The notes under the pieces were generated by a model, which did no database searches, was not told where the DNA came from, and was given only the letters and a program-made list of their open reading frames with translations. The translations under genes and the position numbers were made by a program. This document shows positions 28,773 through 40,000 of a DNA stretch of 64,000 nucleotides, in pieces. Source of the DNA: a bacterium (GTDB lineage: Bacteria > Omnitrophota > Gorgyraeia > Duberdicusellales > 4484-171); NCBI GenBank assembly GCA_021796115.1, contig JAJYOP010000007.1, positions 10,329-74,328 on the forward strand, in the 5' to 3' direction. Position 1 is the first letter of the stretch. Every line of letters starts with the position of its first letter.

Positions 28773-30341
28773 ATGAATATCGTAAGAGAAGCTTATGTAA
28801 AAAATAAATGGATGATTACGACAGCAGTTATGCTTGGCGCATTTTTATCTGTCATGGATACCAGTATAGTGAATGTTGCTCTTCCATACATGATGGGCAA
28901 TTTTGCCCAAACCTTATCTGCCATTACCTGGGTAGCTACCAGTTACACTATTGCGGCAATTATAATTATTACCATGACCGGGTGGCTAAGCACTTTAATG
29001 GGCAGAAAAAAGCTTTATCTATTTTCCTTTATTGTATTTACGGCTGGATCAGTTTTATGCGGAACAGCTAAAACGTTTCAGCAGATGTTGATTTATCGAA
29101 TAGTCCAAGGTATAGGCGGCGGCGCGCTGATACCTATTTCTCAAGCCATTTTGCGTGAAACTTTTCCCAGAAAACAGCATGGAATGGCAATGGCTATTTT
29201 CGGAATGGGAGTGGTGCTTGCGCCTGCCTTAGGCCCGATTGTCGGCGGCTGGCTGATTGATCATTACGGCTGGCCATGGATTTTTTATATCAACATACCT
29301 GTTAGCATAATAGGAATATGGATAGCGTATCATTATATACATGATCCTGAATATCTGAAACGTGGAGTTAAAAAAGTCGATTGGTTTGGGATATTATTCC
29401 TTACAATCGGGCTTACGGGTTTGCAGATAGTTTTGGAGAGAGGCCAGGAAAAAAACTGGTTTGATTCTTCATTTATTATAAGCTGGTCAATAGTTTCGCT
29501 AGTTTCCCTGATTGTTTTGATTTTTTGGGAATTACGGGCAAATGAGCCCGTAGTTGATTTGCGCATCTTGCGTAATGCACCGTTTGCTATAGGCTTTACT
29601 GTGGTAGCGTTATACGGCATTGCGCTTTACGGAACAACTTTTATTTTACCGCAATTTACGCAAATCTTATTAGGATACTCCGCTTATCAATCCGGCCTGA
29701 CGCTGCTTCCCAGGGCGTTTGCTTTATTTATTTTTATGCCGGTTGCCGGAAGGCTTTATAACCATATTGATGCCAAAAAGCTGATTATTTTCGGCATAGC
29801 TATTAGTTGCTGGTCTTATGCCTTATTAAGCCATCTTTCGCTCGATGTTGCTTTTGAAAATTTAATTCCTATATTGCTTTTAATGGGAGCCGGGATGGCC
29901 TTTGTATTTGTCCCTCTCTCGACAGTTTCTTTAATTACCATAGCCAACAAGGATATGACTAATGCGACAAGCCTCTATACCTTGATGCAGCGCATCGGCG
30001 GCAATATCGGTTATGCCGTAACCGTTACTATCTTAGAGCGTAGAACCCAATTCCATCATTCGCATTTGGTTGAGAATATCTCTGCTTCGCATGGCCGTTT
30101 CTTAAATGTTTATCATGCCTTTACCGGATATTTACATAAAAATGGCTATGGCCCTGTTAGCGACAGACTGGGGACTTTTTCATTTCTTGACCATCTAATT
30201 AACCGTCAGGCAACAATGCTTTCTTATAATGATTTATCCTTGATTTTTATGTTAATGTTCCTGTTCGTTACAATTTTTATTTTATTTCTGCCACATAGCA
30301 GGACTGTCAAGAGTACTGAAGAAGTACCCCTTATAGATTAA
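28773..30341 (+). CDS. emrB: MFS drug:H+ antiporter, DHA2 (EmrB/QacA) family, 14 TMS
   Basis: LGAFLSVMDTSIVNVALP, GRKKLYL, IVQGIGGGALIP motifs; 522 aa. Confidence 0.8.
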   Translation: MNIVREAYVKNKWMITTAVMLGAFLSVMDTSIVNVALPYMMGNFAQTLSAITWVATSYTIAAIIIITMTGWLSTLMGRKKLYLFSFIVFTAGSVLCGTAKTFQQMLIYRIVQGIGGGALIPISQAILRETFPRKQHGMAMAIFGMGVVLAPALGPIVGGWLIDHYGWPWIFYINIPVSIIGIWIAYHYIHDPEYLKRGVKKVDWFGILFLTIGLTGLQIVLERGQEKNWFDSSFIISWSIVSLVSLIVLIFWELRANEPVVDLRILRNAPFAIGFTVVALYGIALYGTTFILPQFTQILLGYSAYQSGLTLLPRAFALFIFMPVAGRLYNHIDAKKLIIFGIAISCWSYALLSHLSLDVAFENLIPILLLMGAGMAFVFVPLSTVSLITIANKDMTNATSLYTLMQRIGGNIGYAVTVTILERRTQFHHSHLVENISASHGRFLNVYHAFTGYLHKNGYGPVSDRLGTFSFLDHLINRQATMLSYNDLSLIFMLMFLFVTIFILFLPHSRTVKSTEEVPLID

Positions 30342-30382
30342 TCTATATAAGAAAATGTTTTATAAAAGCAAGGAGGAGTAAA

Positions 30383-31072
30383 ATGAAAATTTTGCTTATC
30401 TCTTCAAGCCCGCATAAAGAAAAGAGCATGACCTTTCTTTTAGCTAAGGAAGCCGTAAAAGGCCTTGCACAGGAGGGGGTTGAATCAGAATCTATTCATT
30501 TGGATGATTTCAGGATACTTTTCTGTAAACATTGCGAAGAATGCCATAAACATATTCTGAACTGTCCTTTGCAAGATGATGTAAAAAATATCCTTAAAAA
30601 AATACTGGATGCCGACGGGATAATCCTGGCTTCGCCTAACTATATAAACCAGATTACCGCCTCGATGAAAGCGCTTTTCGACCGTTCGGCGCACTTCATT
30701 CACTGTAAACGCCTTTCGGGTAAATATGTCATAGGTGCTGTTTCATCAGGAAGCGGACGGAATAAAGACGTTTTGACTTACCTTAAACATTATGCACATA
30801 CTTGCGGAGCACAATATTGCGGCGGTATATCTAGCGCCAGGCAGCTCGGCGCAGATAAAATCAAGGAAGCTTTTAAATTAGGCAAAAAGCTGTCCGCAGA
30901 TATCAAACAAAAAAAGATCTATCCAAAACAAATAGCGATCATAGAAAAAAGCAAACAACATTTCCGGGAAATAATCAGGTTCAGGAAAAATGATTGGCAG
31001 GAAGAATATGCATACTGGGTGACGAAAGGCTGGATAGACAAAGACAAGCAAGATATTTCACCAGACAAATAA
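30383..31072 (+). CDS. NAD(P)H-dependent FMN reductase-fold / iron-sulfur flavoprotein-like protein
   Basis: MKILLISSSPHKEKS (flavodoxin-like fold), Cys cluster CKHCEECHKH. Confidence 0.55.
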   Translation: MKILLISSSPHKEKSMTFLLAKEAVKGLAQEGVESESIHLDDFRILFCKHCEECHKHILNCPLQDDVKNILKKILDADGIILASPNYINQITASMKALFDRSAHFIHCKRLSGKYVIGAVSSGSGRNKDVLTYLKHYAHTCGAQYCGGISSARQLGADKIKEAFKLGKKLSADIKQKKIYPKQIAIIEKSKQHFREIIRFRKNDWQEEYAYWVTKGWIDKDKQDISPDK

Positions 31073-31093
31073 ATTTTAATATATCATGATGAG

Positions 31094-31759
31094 GTGTATA
31101 TGGATGACAAAATTATAATCATTGAGCTCGGCTTTGTAAATGCATTCTTGATTAAAGTAAAAGATGGCTTTATTTTAATCGATACCGGACTGCCTTGGCA
31201 ATGGGAGAATCTTGAAGCGAAATTAGATTCTCTCGGTTGTCTTCCCGAGAAACTAAAACTTGTCATTATAACTCACGGAGATTTTGACCATACCGGCAAT
31301 TGCGCTAAATTACAGGAAAAATATAAAGCCGAGATAGCCATGCATAAGGCAGATGCTTTTATGGCAGAAAAAAGAGTATTTTTAAAACGAAAAGCCAGGA
31401 CATTAGCCGCAAAAATCAGGATTTTGATCTCACGGCTGCGCCATCGAAAAATAAGTTTTAATCAGTTCAAACCGGATATATTTTTAACTGACGGGCAAAG
31501 TTTGGTAGAATACGGTTTTAATGCCAAGATTGTCCATCTGCCTGGACACACAAAGGGCTCAATAGGAATACTGACCGATGAAGGCAATTTTTTCTCCGGA
31601 GACAGCCTGGTTAACGACAAAAAACCGAGTATCGCTATATACGTGGATAATTTTCAGGAACTTGAAAGCAGCATAGATAAATTGAAGAAGCTTAATATCA
31701 AAAATATTTATCCGGGGCACGGTAAACCGTTTCCATCAGAGGGTCTAACATATGAATGA
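31094..31759 (+). CDS. MBL-fold metallo-hydrolase
   Basis: ITHGDFDHTGN (HxHxDH), downstream His/Asp ligands (HLPGHTKGS, GD). Confidence 0.75.
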   Translation: MYMDDKIIIIELGFVNAFLIKVKDGFILIDTGLPWQWENLEAKLDSLGCLPEKLKLVIITHGDFDHTGNCAKLQEKYKAEIAMHKADAFMAEKRVFLKRKARTLAAKIRILISRLRHRKISFNQFKPDIFLTDGQSLVEYGFNAKIVHLPGHTKGSIGILTDEGNFFSGDSLVNDKKPSIAIYVDNFQELESSIDKLKKLNIKNIYPGHGKPFPSEGLTYE

Positions 31760-32555
31760 AATAATAATCAAAGTCGATAATTTATCAAAGAATTTTGGCC
31801 AGGTTCAGGCGGTCAAAAATATTTCATTTGAAGTTAAACAATCAGAAATCTTTGCTTTTTTGGGCCCAAACGGGGCAGGAAAAACTACTACGATAAGGAT
31901 GCTGATTACCTTACTTCTGCCCTCAAGCGGCGACGCAACTATAAACGGTTATAGTCTAATCCATCACCCGGCCGAAGTACGCAAAGTTATTGGTTATGTG
32001 CCTCAGATGATTTCAGTGGACGGTTCGCTTACTGTGCGGGAGAACCTGATGCTTATGGCGCATCTTTACGATGTTTCTTATCGTGAGTGCAATGAGCGCA
32101 TAAAAGAAACACTTGCCTTCCTTGATCTGGAAGAATACGCTGGCTCACTTGTTCGAACGCTTTCCGGAGGCATGATTCGCAAGCTTGAAGTCGGACAGGC
32201 CATGTTACATCATCCGCACCTGCTTTTTCTCGATGAGCCGACAACCGGGCTTGACCCTATCGCAAAACGCCATATCTGGGAACATCTTATGGAACTGCGC
32301 GACAGCTTTGGCACAACGATTTTCTTTTCTACGCACAATATGGACGAAGCTGAAGATGCCTGTGACAAAGTTGCGATTATGGATGCCGGAGAAATTGCCG
32401 CGATTGGCGCAATTTCGGAATTAAAAGAAAAAACCAATAAAAAAGATGCTACCCTTGAAGATGCTTTCATCTTCTTTACCGGCAATGAACTTCAGGCTAA
32501 CGGTAACTTTCGTGAAATAAAAAGGACAAGGTTAATACATCATAGATTGGGCTAA
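31752..32555 (+). CDS. ABC transporter ATP-binding protein (ABC-2 exporter type)
   Basis: Walker A GPNGAGKTTT, signature LSGGMIRKLEV, Walker B LLFLDEPTTGLD. Confidence 0.9.
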   Translation: MNEIIIKVDNLSKNFGQVQAVKNISFEVKQSEIFAFLGPNGAGKTTTIRMLITLLLPSSGDATINGYSLIHHPAEVRKVIGYVPQMISVDGSLTVRENLMLMAHLYDVSYRECNERIKETLAFLDLEEYAGSLVRTLSGGMIRKLEVGQAMLHHPHLLFLDEPTTGLDPIAKRHIWEHLMELRDSFGTTIFFSTHNMDEAEDACDKVAIMDAGEIAAIGAISELKEKTNKKDATLEDAFIFFTGNELQANGNFREIKRTRLIHHRLG

Positions 32556-32557
32556 AC

Positions 32558-33334
32558 ATGATGAATTATATCTTACAACTTATTAAAAAAACTTGGGTGA
32601 TGGCGGAAATGGAGGTGAGAAAACTTCTCCACGATCCAACAGAACTTATCACCCGTGCCATACAACCTATTTTATGGTTGGGTATTTTTGGAGAAGCATT
32701 GAGTAAAATCCGGGCGATACCAACCGAAGGATTCAGCTATCTGCAATTTATCACTCCCGGTATCCTTACCCAATCCATAACTTTTGTCTCGATATTTTAT
32801 GGTTTGGCAATTATCTGGGAACGCGATATGGGATTGCTTCAGAAGGTCCTGGTTACTCCAACGCCTCGCCTGGCGCTGGTTTGGGGGAAAATGATTTCAG
32901 CCGGCGTCCGGGGATTGAGCCAGGCAATTATCATCTATATTTTTACCCTTGTTTTGCAGATCCATCTTCGAATCACGCTTCTTTCAACGGTTGGCGTAGT
33001 TTTTATCACGATGCTCGGCGCAAGTTTTTTTACGGGATTATCTATGATTATCGCTTCGATAGTGAAAACTCGCGAGCGTTTCATGGGTATAGGCCAGATT
33101 ATCACCTTACCGTTATTTTTTGCCTCAAATGCTATTTATCCAATTTCAATTATGCCTTCCTGGCTTCAGGCGATTGCCACCATAAATCCGCTGACTTACA
33201 TGGTTAACGGCCTTCGCGCTCTGCTGGTTACAGGAAATGTATCACGGCTTCCTTTTGATATCGCCATTCTTATTATTGCTACTTTTGGCATATCGTTTAT
33301 AAGCGCATATATGTATCCCAAAGTAGTCGTATGA
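32558..33334 (+). CDS. ABC-2 family transporter permease
   Basis: 6 TM helices, follows ATPase by 2 nt. Confidence 0.75.
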   Translation: MMNYILQLIKKTWVMAEMEVRKLLHDPTELITRAIQPILWLGIFGEALSKIRAIPTEGFSYLQFITPGILTQSITFVSIFYGLAIIWERDMGLLQKVLVTPTPRLALVWGKMISAGVRGLSQAIIIYIFTLVLQIHLRITLLSTVGVVFITMLGASFFTGLSMIIASIVKTRERFMGIGQIITLPLFFASNAIYPISIMPSWLQAIATINPLTYMVNGLRALLVTGNVSRLPFDIAILIIATFGISFISAYMYPKVVV

Positions 33335-33499
33335 AACAATAAATTTTATTCAATTCTTGGCTTCATGCCGCTGGTTTCGGAAAATAAAGCCGTTTTAACA
33401 TGAGCTCTGCATCTATGAGAAACCATCTATCGCTATGAGAAATAATCTTGACTGAATTAACCATATGTGTTATTCTTTTTTTACCAAAAGGAGGTATTT

Positions 33500-34489
33500 A
33501 TGAGCCCGAAAAATGAGCAATCGTATATATTTAAGGGAATCTATGAATTTGAAGATCCAAGCGGAGTTCTTGTGGCCGCCAAGGTACCCCCTGTTGGAAC
33601 CGCTGATTTATATTCAGGAACGAAAATTATAGTAAAAGCCAATCAAAGCGCATTATTCGTATATAAAGGCCAGATTGCTGAGGTGCTGCCGGAAGGCACG
33701 CATGCGATTAAAACAGAAAATTTTCCTATCCTTACACGGTTAGCTAATTGGCAGTTTGGTTTTGAAAGCCCTCTTCAGGCTGAAATCTGGTTTTTTTCAA
33801 ATGCTGTATTCGCCGGAAGGCGCTGGGGAACGACCCAGCCGGTGATTTATGATTTTTCCGAGTATCCCGCAGTTCCTGTAAGAGCTTACGGAATCTATAA
33901 TATCATAGTCCGTGATTCTGAGAAAGTTTTTCTAAAGCTCGTAGGAAACAGGGCTAGTTATGATATTGCGGAATTAGATAACCTTATACAGGCTCAAATA
34001 ACCGAGCTTTTCCCTTCAGCATTATCTGTCGTACCAAATTTAGAATCTTTGAACAAATCGCAAGCAGCAGTTTCGAAAGAATTAATTACGCTTGTCAATA
34101 AAGCGCTGGAACAATATGGGATGGAGCTTTTAAGTTTACAAGTGATAGCCATGGTGCCATCGCAGGAAGTTATACAGGCATTGGGAGATAAGGTCGCCAT
34201 GAACATCATTGGGGATAAGCGGGAGTATTTAATATATAAAGCGGCAAATAGCTTGTTAGCAACGCATCCTACTGGCGAGAAAAGCTCCAGCGATTCCATG
34301 CAGCTAATGATGGGGCTTATGTTAGGGCAGACTATTTTAGACCATCGAGAAAAGGAGCGCTCTTACATAGCTTCGGATAATGTTTCAAGAGGCGCCTTGC
34401 CTGACAAATCTAAAGCCTGCCCTGCATGCAATGCTACGGTCGGGATTAATGACAAATTTTGTTCGTCATGCGGAGCTAAACTGCAATGA
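33500..34489 (+). CDS. SPFH/band-7-like protein with C-terminal zinc ribbon (COG4260-like)
   Basis: SD ggagg then ATG at 33500; C-terminal CPACNATVGINDKFCSSCGAK. Confidence 0.5.
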   Translation: MSPKNEQSYIFKGIYEFEDPSGVLVAAKVPPVGTADLYSGTKIIVKANQSALFVYKGQIAEVLPEGTHAIKTENFPILTRLANWQFGFESPLQAEIWFFSNAVFAGRRWGTTQPVIYDFSEYPAVPVRAYGIYNIIVRDSEKVFLKLVGNRASYDIAELDNLIQAQITELFPSALSVVPNLESLNKSQAAVSKELITLVNKALEQYGMELLSLQVIAMVPSQEVIQALGDKVAMNIIGDKREYLIYKAANSLLATHPTGEKSSSDSMQLMMGLMLGQTILDHREKERSYIASDNVSRGALPDKSKACPACNATVGINDKFCSSCGAKLQ

Positions 34490-35178
34490 GTTTTGACATA
34501 ATTTGTGCAAATTGTGGAGCGCCATCTTCTCCCGCTATCGGGGTATGCCCCTACTGCAAATCAGTAATGACAACAGCGGAAGAGAAAAGTAATCCAGCTA
34601 TAGGCAATATCAAGGAATTTTTTAACGATGGGCAATTAGAGAAGGCGCTTTCCTTAGCCAGGACCCTTGAGACACAAAGGCCAGATTCGTTAAAGAGTAA
34701 AGAATTCATACTATTGTACGTACAAATACTTATTGAGGCCGAAGGGCCATCGACGAAAATAAAATCATTATTGAACCAAGCTTTGATCGATAATCCTTCA
34801 GACCCGCAATTGTTGGAATATTTAGAAGTTGCCGAGGCAGAATCTAATTTATCGCGTGAGAAAAACGATGCCGGAGAGATAGCATTAGCTAATATTATTC
34901 GCCGCTCGCCGGAAAATGTCCAGGCATTATTTTTGCTGGGAAGCCATTTATTTTGGGTAGAGAAAGATGCTCAGAGGGCTTTGAGATATTTAGAGCAATG
35001 CGTAAGGCTTAGCCCGAATTTTTTTAAGGCCAATGCTTGTTTAGCCGCTGTCTATAAAACATTGAAAATGGATGATATTGCGACAAGGTTTTGTAATGAG
35101 TGTGCCTCAAAGGCAACCGACCCGCAAGTGAAGAAGCTTTTTACTGATTTTGCCAACACGCCATTAAATTTAGAATAA
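34486..35178 (+). CDS. Zinc-ribbon + TPR-repeat protein (overlaps previous gene by 4 nt)
   Basis: N-terminal CANCGAP...CPYCKS; TPR-like helical repeats through C-terminus. Confidence 0.5.
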   Translation: MSFDIICANCGAPSSPAIGVCPYCKSVMTTAEEKSNPAIGNIKEFFNDGQLEKALSLARTLETQRPDSLKSKEFILLYVQILIEAEGPSTKIKSLLNQALIDNPSDPQLLEYLEVAEAESNLSREKNDAGEIALANIIRRSPENVQALFLLGSHLFWVEKDAQRALRYLEQCVRLSPNFFKANACLAAVYKTLKMDDIATRFCNECASKATDPQVKKLFTDFANTPLNLE

Positions 35179-35321
35179 TACCACCCCGCCTTTTTAAATA
35201 AAAACAATACGCAACCTTTATACAAACATCCACATAATTTACTTGACTAAAGATTATTGAGCTGTAAAATTATTAACTTTATTAACTATTAATATCAATA
35301 ATATTTATGGAGGTGTAAATA

Positions 35322-35765
35322 ATGGAAGATAATTCTTTATGCAAATTTGCTGATGAAATTAATAATCTGTTGCCTATCATAATGCGGGAATTTACCAAAA
35401 GGCAGGCAAAAGAATTATGCAAAAATAAAATTACCTTCCCTCAATTTTTTATCATCGATTATCTTTATAAACAGGGGCCGTCTACTATGACCGGCTTAGC
35501 TAAATTTATGGGTATAACTACAGCCGCGATGACTGGTATGGTTGACAGGCTTATTGAACCCGGATATTGCCAGCGTATTTATGACACATATGACAGGCGT
35601 ATCATAAGGATAAAAATCGCACCTTCCGGGAAGGAAATCGCAAAAAAAGTAAATCAGGAACGCAGGCAAACAATCATCAACGTTTTTTGTCAGCTTTCAG
35701 CTAAAGAGCGCAGGGAGTATTTGCGGATTTTACGGCATATATATGAAATAATAATTTCAAAATAA
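35322..35765 (+). CDS. MarR-family transcriptional regulator
   Basis: PQFFIIDYLYKQGPSTMTGLAKFMGITTAAMTGMVDRLIEPGY...RRIIRIKIAPSG winged HTH; tandem ttattaact direct repeats in promoter. Confidence 0.75.
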   Translation: MEDNSLCKFADEINNLLPIIMREFTKRQAKELCKNKITFPQFFIIDYLYKQGPSTMTGLAKFMGITTAAMTGMVDRLIEPGYCQRIYDTYDRRIIRIKIAPSGKEIAKKVNQERRQTIINVFCQLSAKERREYLRILRHIYEIIISK

Positions 35766-35769
35766 AAAG

Positions 35770-37080
35770 ATGTGGCAGATGAAAAACTTACTGATTTACA
35801 TTTTTGCACTATCTTCGGCATTTCTTTTTACCTTTCCGGCCTCTTTGCATGCTGAAGAAAAGAACGAGACCGAAGGAAAAACTCTTACGCTTAGAGATTG
35901 CTATAATCTTGCCCTTGCCAATATGGAAACTATTGCGATTGATGCGCAACGCATAAAAGAGGCAGAAGCGCATTTCTTGCAGGCGCTGGCAATAGTCCTG
36001 CCGCATGCATCTTTTGCTTCCACAGATACCTATATAGATACACACAACGGTATAATAAGTTCCGGTTCAGCAAACGCGCACGGCTACAAGCGAAATTTTG
36101 TTTTCCAGCAGGCGCTTTTCAGCGGTTTTAAAGAATATGCCGCCATGCGGGCAAGTAAATTTGAGGAAAAACAGCGAGCCAAAGAGAAAGAACGCGCAGA
36201 ACAACTACTTTTTAAAGATGTCTCCGATTCCTTCTATCTTTTTTTACAACAACAGGAAGATTTAAGGGCATTACAATCGATAGAGAAAGCACTTCTTGAC
36301 CGTATAAGTGAATTAAACAAACGTATAGAGCTCGGCCGTTCAAGAAAGAGTGAAGTAGTAAATGTAATCTCTCAGCTCTATATTGTCCGGGCAGAGTTTG
36401 AGTTAGCAAGAAACCAGCGCGATTTGTCCAAGGAACTTCTTGAATTTTATACTGGCGTGCGCATCAAAGAAGTCGAGGAACCGGTGAATATACTTGCCAG
36501 GGTTAAACCTGTGGAATATTTTACGGAGCTCGCCAGACGCAGAGCGGATGTTGTTGCCGCGGAAAACGCGGCAGGTGTGGCCAAAGCGAATGTTGATGTA
36601 GCCAAAAGCGGTTATTTTCCCACGGTAGATTTGCTGGGTGATTATTATACAAGCAGAAACAGCCAGCCGACAGGCTCAAAATGGGATGCCGGATTGGCGG
36701 TTACTATACCTATATTTGAAGGAACGCAAGTAATGGGCGACGTAAAAGAAGCCCGTGCCCGGGCGCGCGAAAGCGAATTATCGCTCTCATTGGCCGGTCG
36801 CAACAGCCAAACTGATGTGCTGGAGACTTATACAACTTTAAGGTATGCAATTTTGCGCCGGCAAGTTCTCAAGAAAGCATTGGGCGCAGCCGATGAGAAC
36901 TATAATTTACAGAAAAAAGATTACGAATTCAATCTTGTAAATAACTTGGATGTTTTGGCAGCCATACAAACCTTGCTAAATACAAAAAGGGATTTGATCC
37001 AGGCTTCAAGTGAAGCAAAAAGAATATATTGGCAGCTTATCGTTGCCTCGGGTGCTAATATAAAGGAAGAGTTGGAATGA
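35770..37080 (+). CDS. TolC-like outer membrane factor
   Basis: Signal peptide, OEP repeat pattern, 436 aa; stop overlaps RND start. Confidence 0.7.
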   Translation: MWQMKNLLIYIFALSSAFLFTFPASLHAEEKNETEGKTLTLRDCYNLALANMETIAIDAQRIKEAEAHFLQALAIVLPHASFASTDTYIDTHNGIISSGSANAHGYKRNFVFQQALFSGFKEYAAMRASKFEEKQRAKEKERAEQLLFKDVSDSFYLFLQQQEDLRALQSIEKALLDRISELNKRIELGRSRKSEVVNVISQLYIVRAEFELARNQRDLSKELLEFYTGVRIKEVEEPVNILARVKPVEYFTELARRRADVVAAENAAGVAKANVDVAKSGYFPTVDLLGDYYTSRNSQPTGSKWDAGLAVTIPIFEGTQVMGDVKEARARARESELSLSLAGRNSQTDVLETYTTLRYAILRRQVLKKALGAADENYNLQKKDYEFNLVNNLDVLAAIQTLLNTKRDLIQASSEAKRIYWQLIVASGANIKEELE

Positions 37081-40000
37081 CACTTTCCGATTTATCGATT
37101 AAAAGGCCGGTTTTTGGCTGGATGCTGATGATTGGCGTCATTGTTTTTGGCGTCATTGGATTCTTGCGCCTTGGCGTGAGCCAGCTTCCTGATGTTGATT
37201 TTCCTGTTGTAACCGTTTCGATAACCTGGGAAGGAGCGGCTCCCGAAGTTATGGAAACTGACGTAACCGATGTGGTAGAAAATGCCGTAATGAGCGTAGA
37301 GGGGTTAAAGGGAATCACGTCAGTCTCGATGCAAGGAGTTTCGCAAATTACATTGGAATTTTATCTCAATCGTAATATCGATGTCGCCCTCCAGGAAGTC
37401 CAGACTAAAATTGCCCAAGCACAGAAAAATTTGCCGCGCGACATCGACCCGCCTATAATTACCAAGACCAATCCTGAAGACCAACCTATAATGTTTGTCG
37501 GCCTCTCCGGAAACCTTCCCCTCAAAGATATGATTCATTATGTAAACGAGAATTTGAAAGACCAGTTTGTTACTGTTCCCGGCGTCGGAGATATTCGCAT
37601 GGGGGGTTATATTGACCCTAACTTAAGGGTCTGGCTTGATTCTGCAAAAATGCAGGAGAAACAACTTACAGTTGAAGATGTTATCAATGCCATTGGCTAT
37701 GAGCATGCAGATTTGCCGGCAGGCTATGTTGACTCCGGGACAAAGGAACTAAACGTGCGTGTCTATGGGGAAGCGCAGACGCCAGAACAATTCGAAAATC
37801 TGATTATACCTAGCCGTGTGCGCGAAGGGCCTATCTGGAAAACCATGCGTATCGGTGACGTTGGAACCGTTGAAGATGGCCTGGCAGATATTCGTAAAAT
37901 TTCACGCAGTTGGGGCAAGCCGGCTATTGGCTTGGGCATAATCAAACAGCGCGGCACAAACGCCATGGAAGTGGCCAAGGCCGTCAAAAAAAGAGTGGCA
38001 GAAGTCCGCAAGATGTTACCTAAGGGCATGCATCTGGACGTTGTTTTTGATACAACCCAATTTATTAAAGATTCCGTAAACGAATTGGAGCGAAACCTGC
38101 TTCTTTCCATTCTTTTAACTTCTATTGTCTGCTATTTATTTCTGGGATCCTGGAGCGCAAATATTAACGTTCTCCTGTCCATACCATTTTCTCTGGCCGG
38201 GGCTTTCCTGATACTTTATTTCATGGGTTTTACCATCAACACATTTACTATGCTCGGCCTCTCCCTGGTTATAGGTATTATTGTTGATGACGCAATTATG
38301 GTGCTGGAGAATATTTCCCGCTATCATGAACAGGGGAAATCCCGTGTGGACGCCGCGCTCATCGGCGCGCGGGAAATTACATTTGCCGCTATTGCAACAT
38401 CTTTAGCAATACTTGCGATATTTGTACCGGTTATCTTTATGCAAGGGATAGTCGGCAAATTCTTTTTGCAATTCGGAGTTACTATTTCCGTAGCAGTTAT
38501 ATTTTCTCTTATTGAAGCAATTACCATCACACCGATGCGCTGCTCGCAATTTCTTACTGTAGGCCATACGACAGAGCTTGGCAAATTCATAGAAAAAGTT
38601 ACGAAATGGTTAGCTAAACGTTATCGCGAAACCCTTTCTTTTATATTAGACAGGCCAAAATCCGTATTAACCATAGCAACCGTTGTTTTCTTAGCTTCTT
38701 TCGCGCTGGTTGGATTATTGAAAAAAGAATTCGTTCCGCCACAAGACCAGGGGCGATTCTTGGCGCGTGTAATGTTGCCACTGGGTTCTTCTATAGAAAA
38801 AACAGACAGCGTATTTCACGAGGCGGAAAAATTTTTGATGGGGCGCAAAGATATTGGAAACTATTTCAGCGTAATCGGCAGTTTCACGGGATCTCAGGTT
38901 AATACGGGGTTTCTCTATATCACTATGAAAGAGCGGGGTAAACGGCCTATAATAAATGGTCATCGCGAAACTCAAGCCGAATGCATGCAGATAGTTCGGA
39001 AAGCATTAAATAAAATTCCCGGAGTAGACAGGGCCGTAATCCAGGATCTTTCTCTGATGGGATTTACCGCTAAACGTGGCTTACCAATTGAATTTACTGT
39101 AAGGGGCGCGGATTGGGATAAACTGGGAGAATACAGCCAGGAAATCATGAAACGCATGAAGGCGTCCGGTTTCATGATTGACGTCGATACAGACTATCAG
39201 CTTGGCATGCCCGAACTGCAGATTCACCCTGATCGAGAAAAGGCTGCGCAGCACGGTGTGAGCGTTCTTTCCATAGCAGATACAATAAATGCTACGATTG
39301 GCGGAATCCGTAGCGGCAAATTTACAGCTCACGGCAAGCGTTATGATATACGTGTCCGCTTAGCCGAAGCAGACCGGACAAGTCCCAAAGATATTAAAAA
39401 TCTATGGGTGCGTAATGAATTTGGAGAGGTGGTTCCGCTGGCGGACGTTGTAACGGCAGAGGTAAAACCTTCCTTATTCTCCATTACGCGTGAAAATCGC
39501 GAACGCGCCGTCACTATTTTCGCAAATCCTGCACCGGGCCATTCCCAGCAAGAAGCATTGGACAAAGTTACAAAAATAGCTAAAGAAGTGCTTCCTCAAG
39601 GCTATCGCATAGTATTTTCCGGAGGGGCGCAGGCTTTCAAGGAATCTTTCCAAAGCTTGCTCTTCGCCCTTCTTCTGGGAATTTTTGTTGCTTATATGGT
39701 CTTAGGAACTCAATTTAACAGTTTCATCCACCCCCTCACCGTGCTTTTGGCTTTGCCTTTCAGCGTTACCGGCGCATTTCTTTTACTTTTTCTTACGCAT
39801 AATTCGCTTAATCTTTATAGTATGATAGGGCTTATTCTTCTCATGGGTATCGTAAAGAAAAACTCCATTCTTCTCGTTGATTTTACAAACGAGCGCCGCC
39901 GGCAGGGGATGAATGTAAGAGAAGCGCTTCTTGATGCTTGTCCAATACGCCTTAGGCCGATACTTATGACTTCCATAGCCATAGTTGCCGCTGCAATCCC

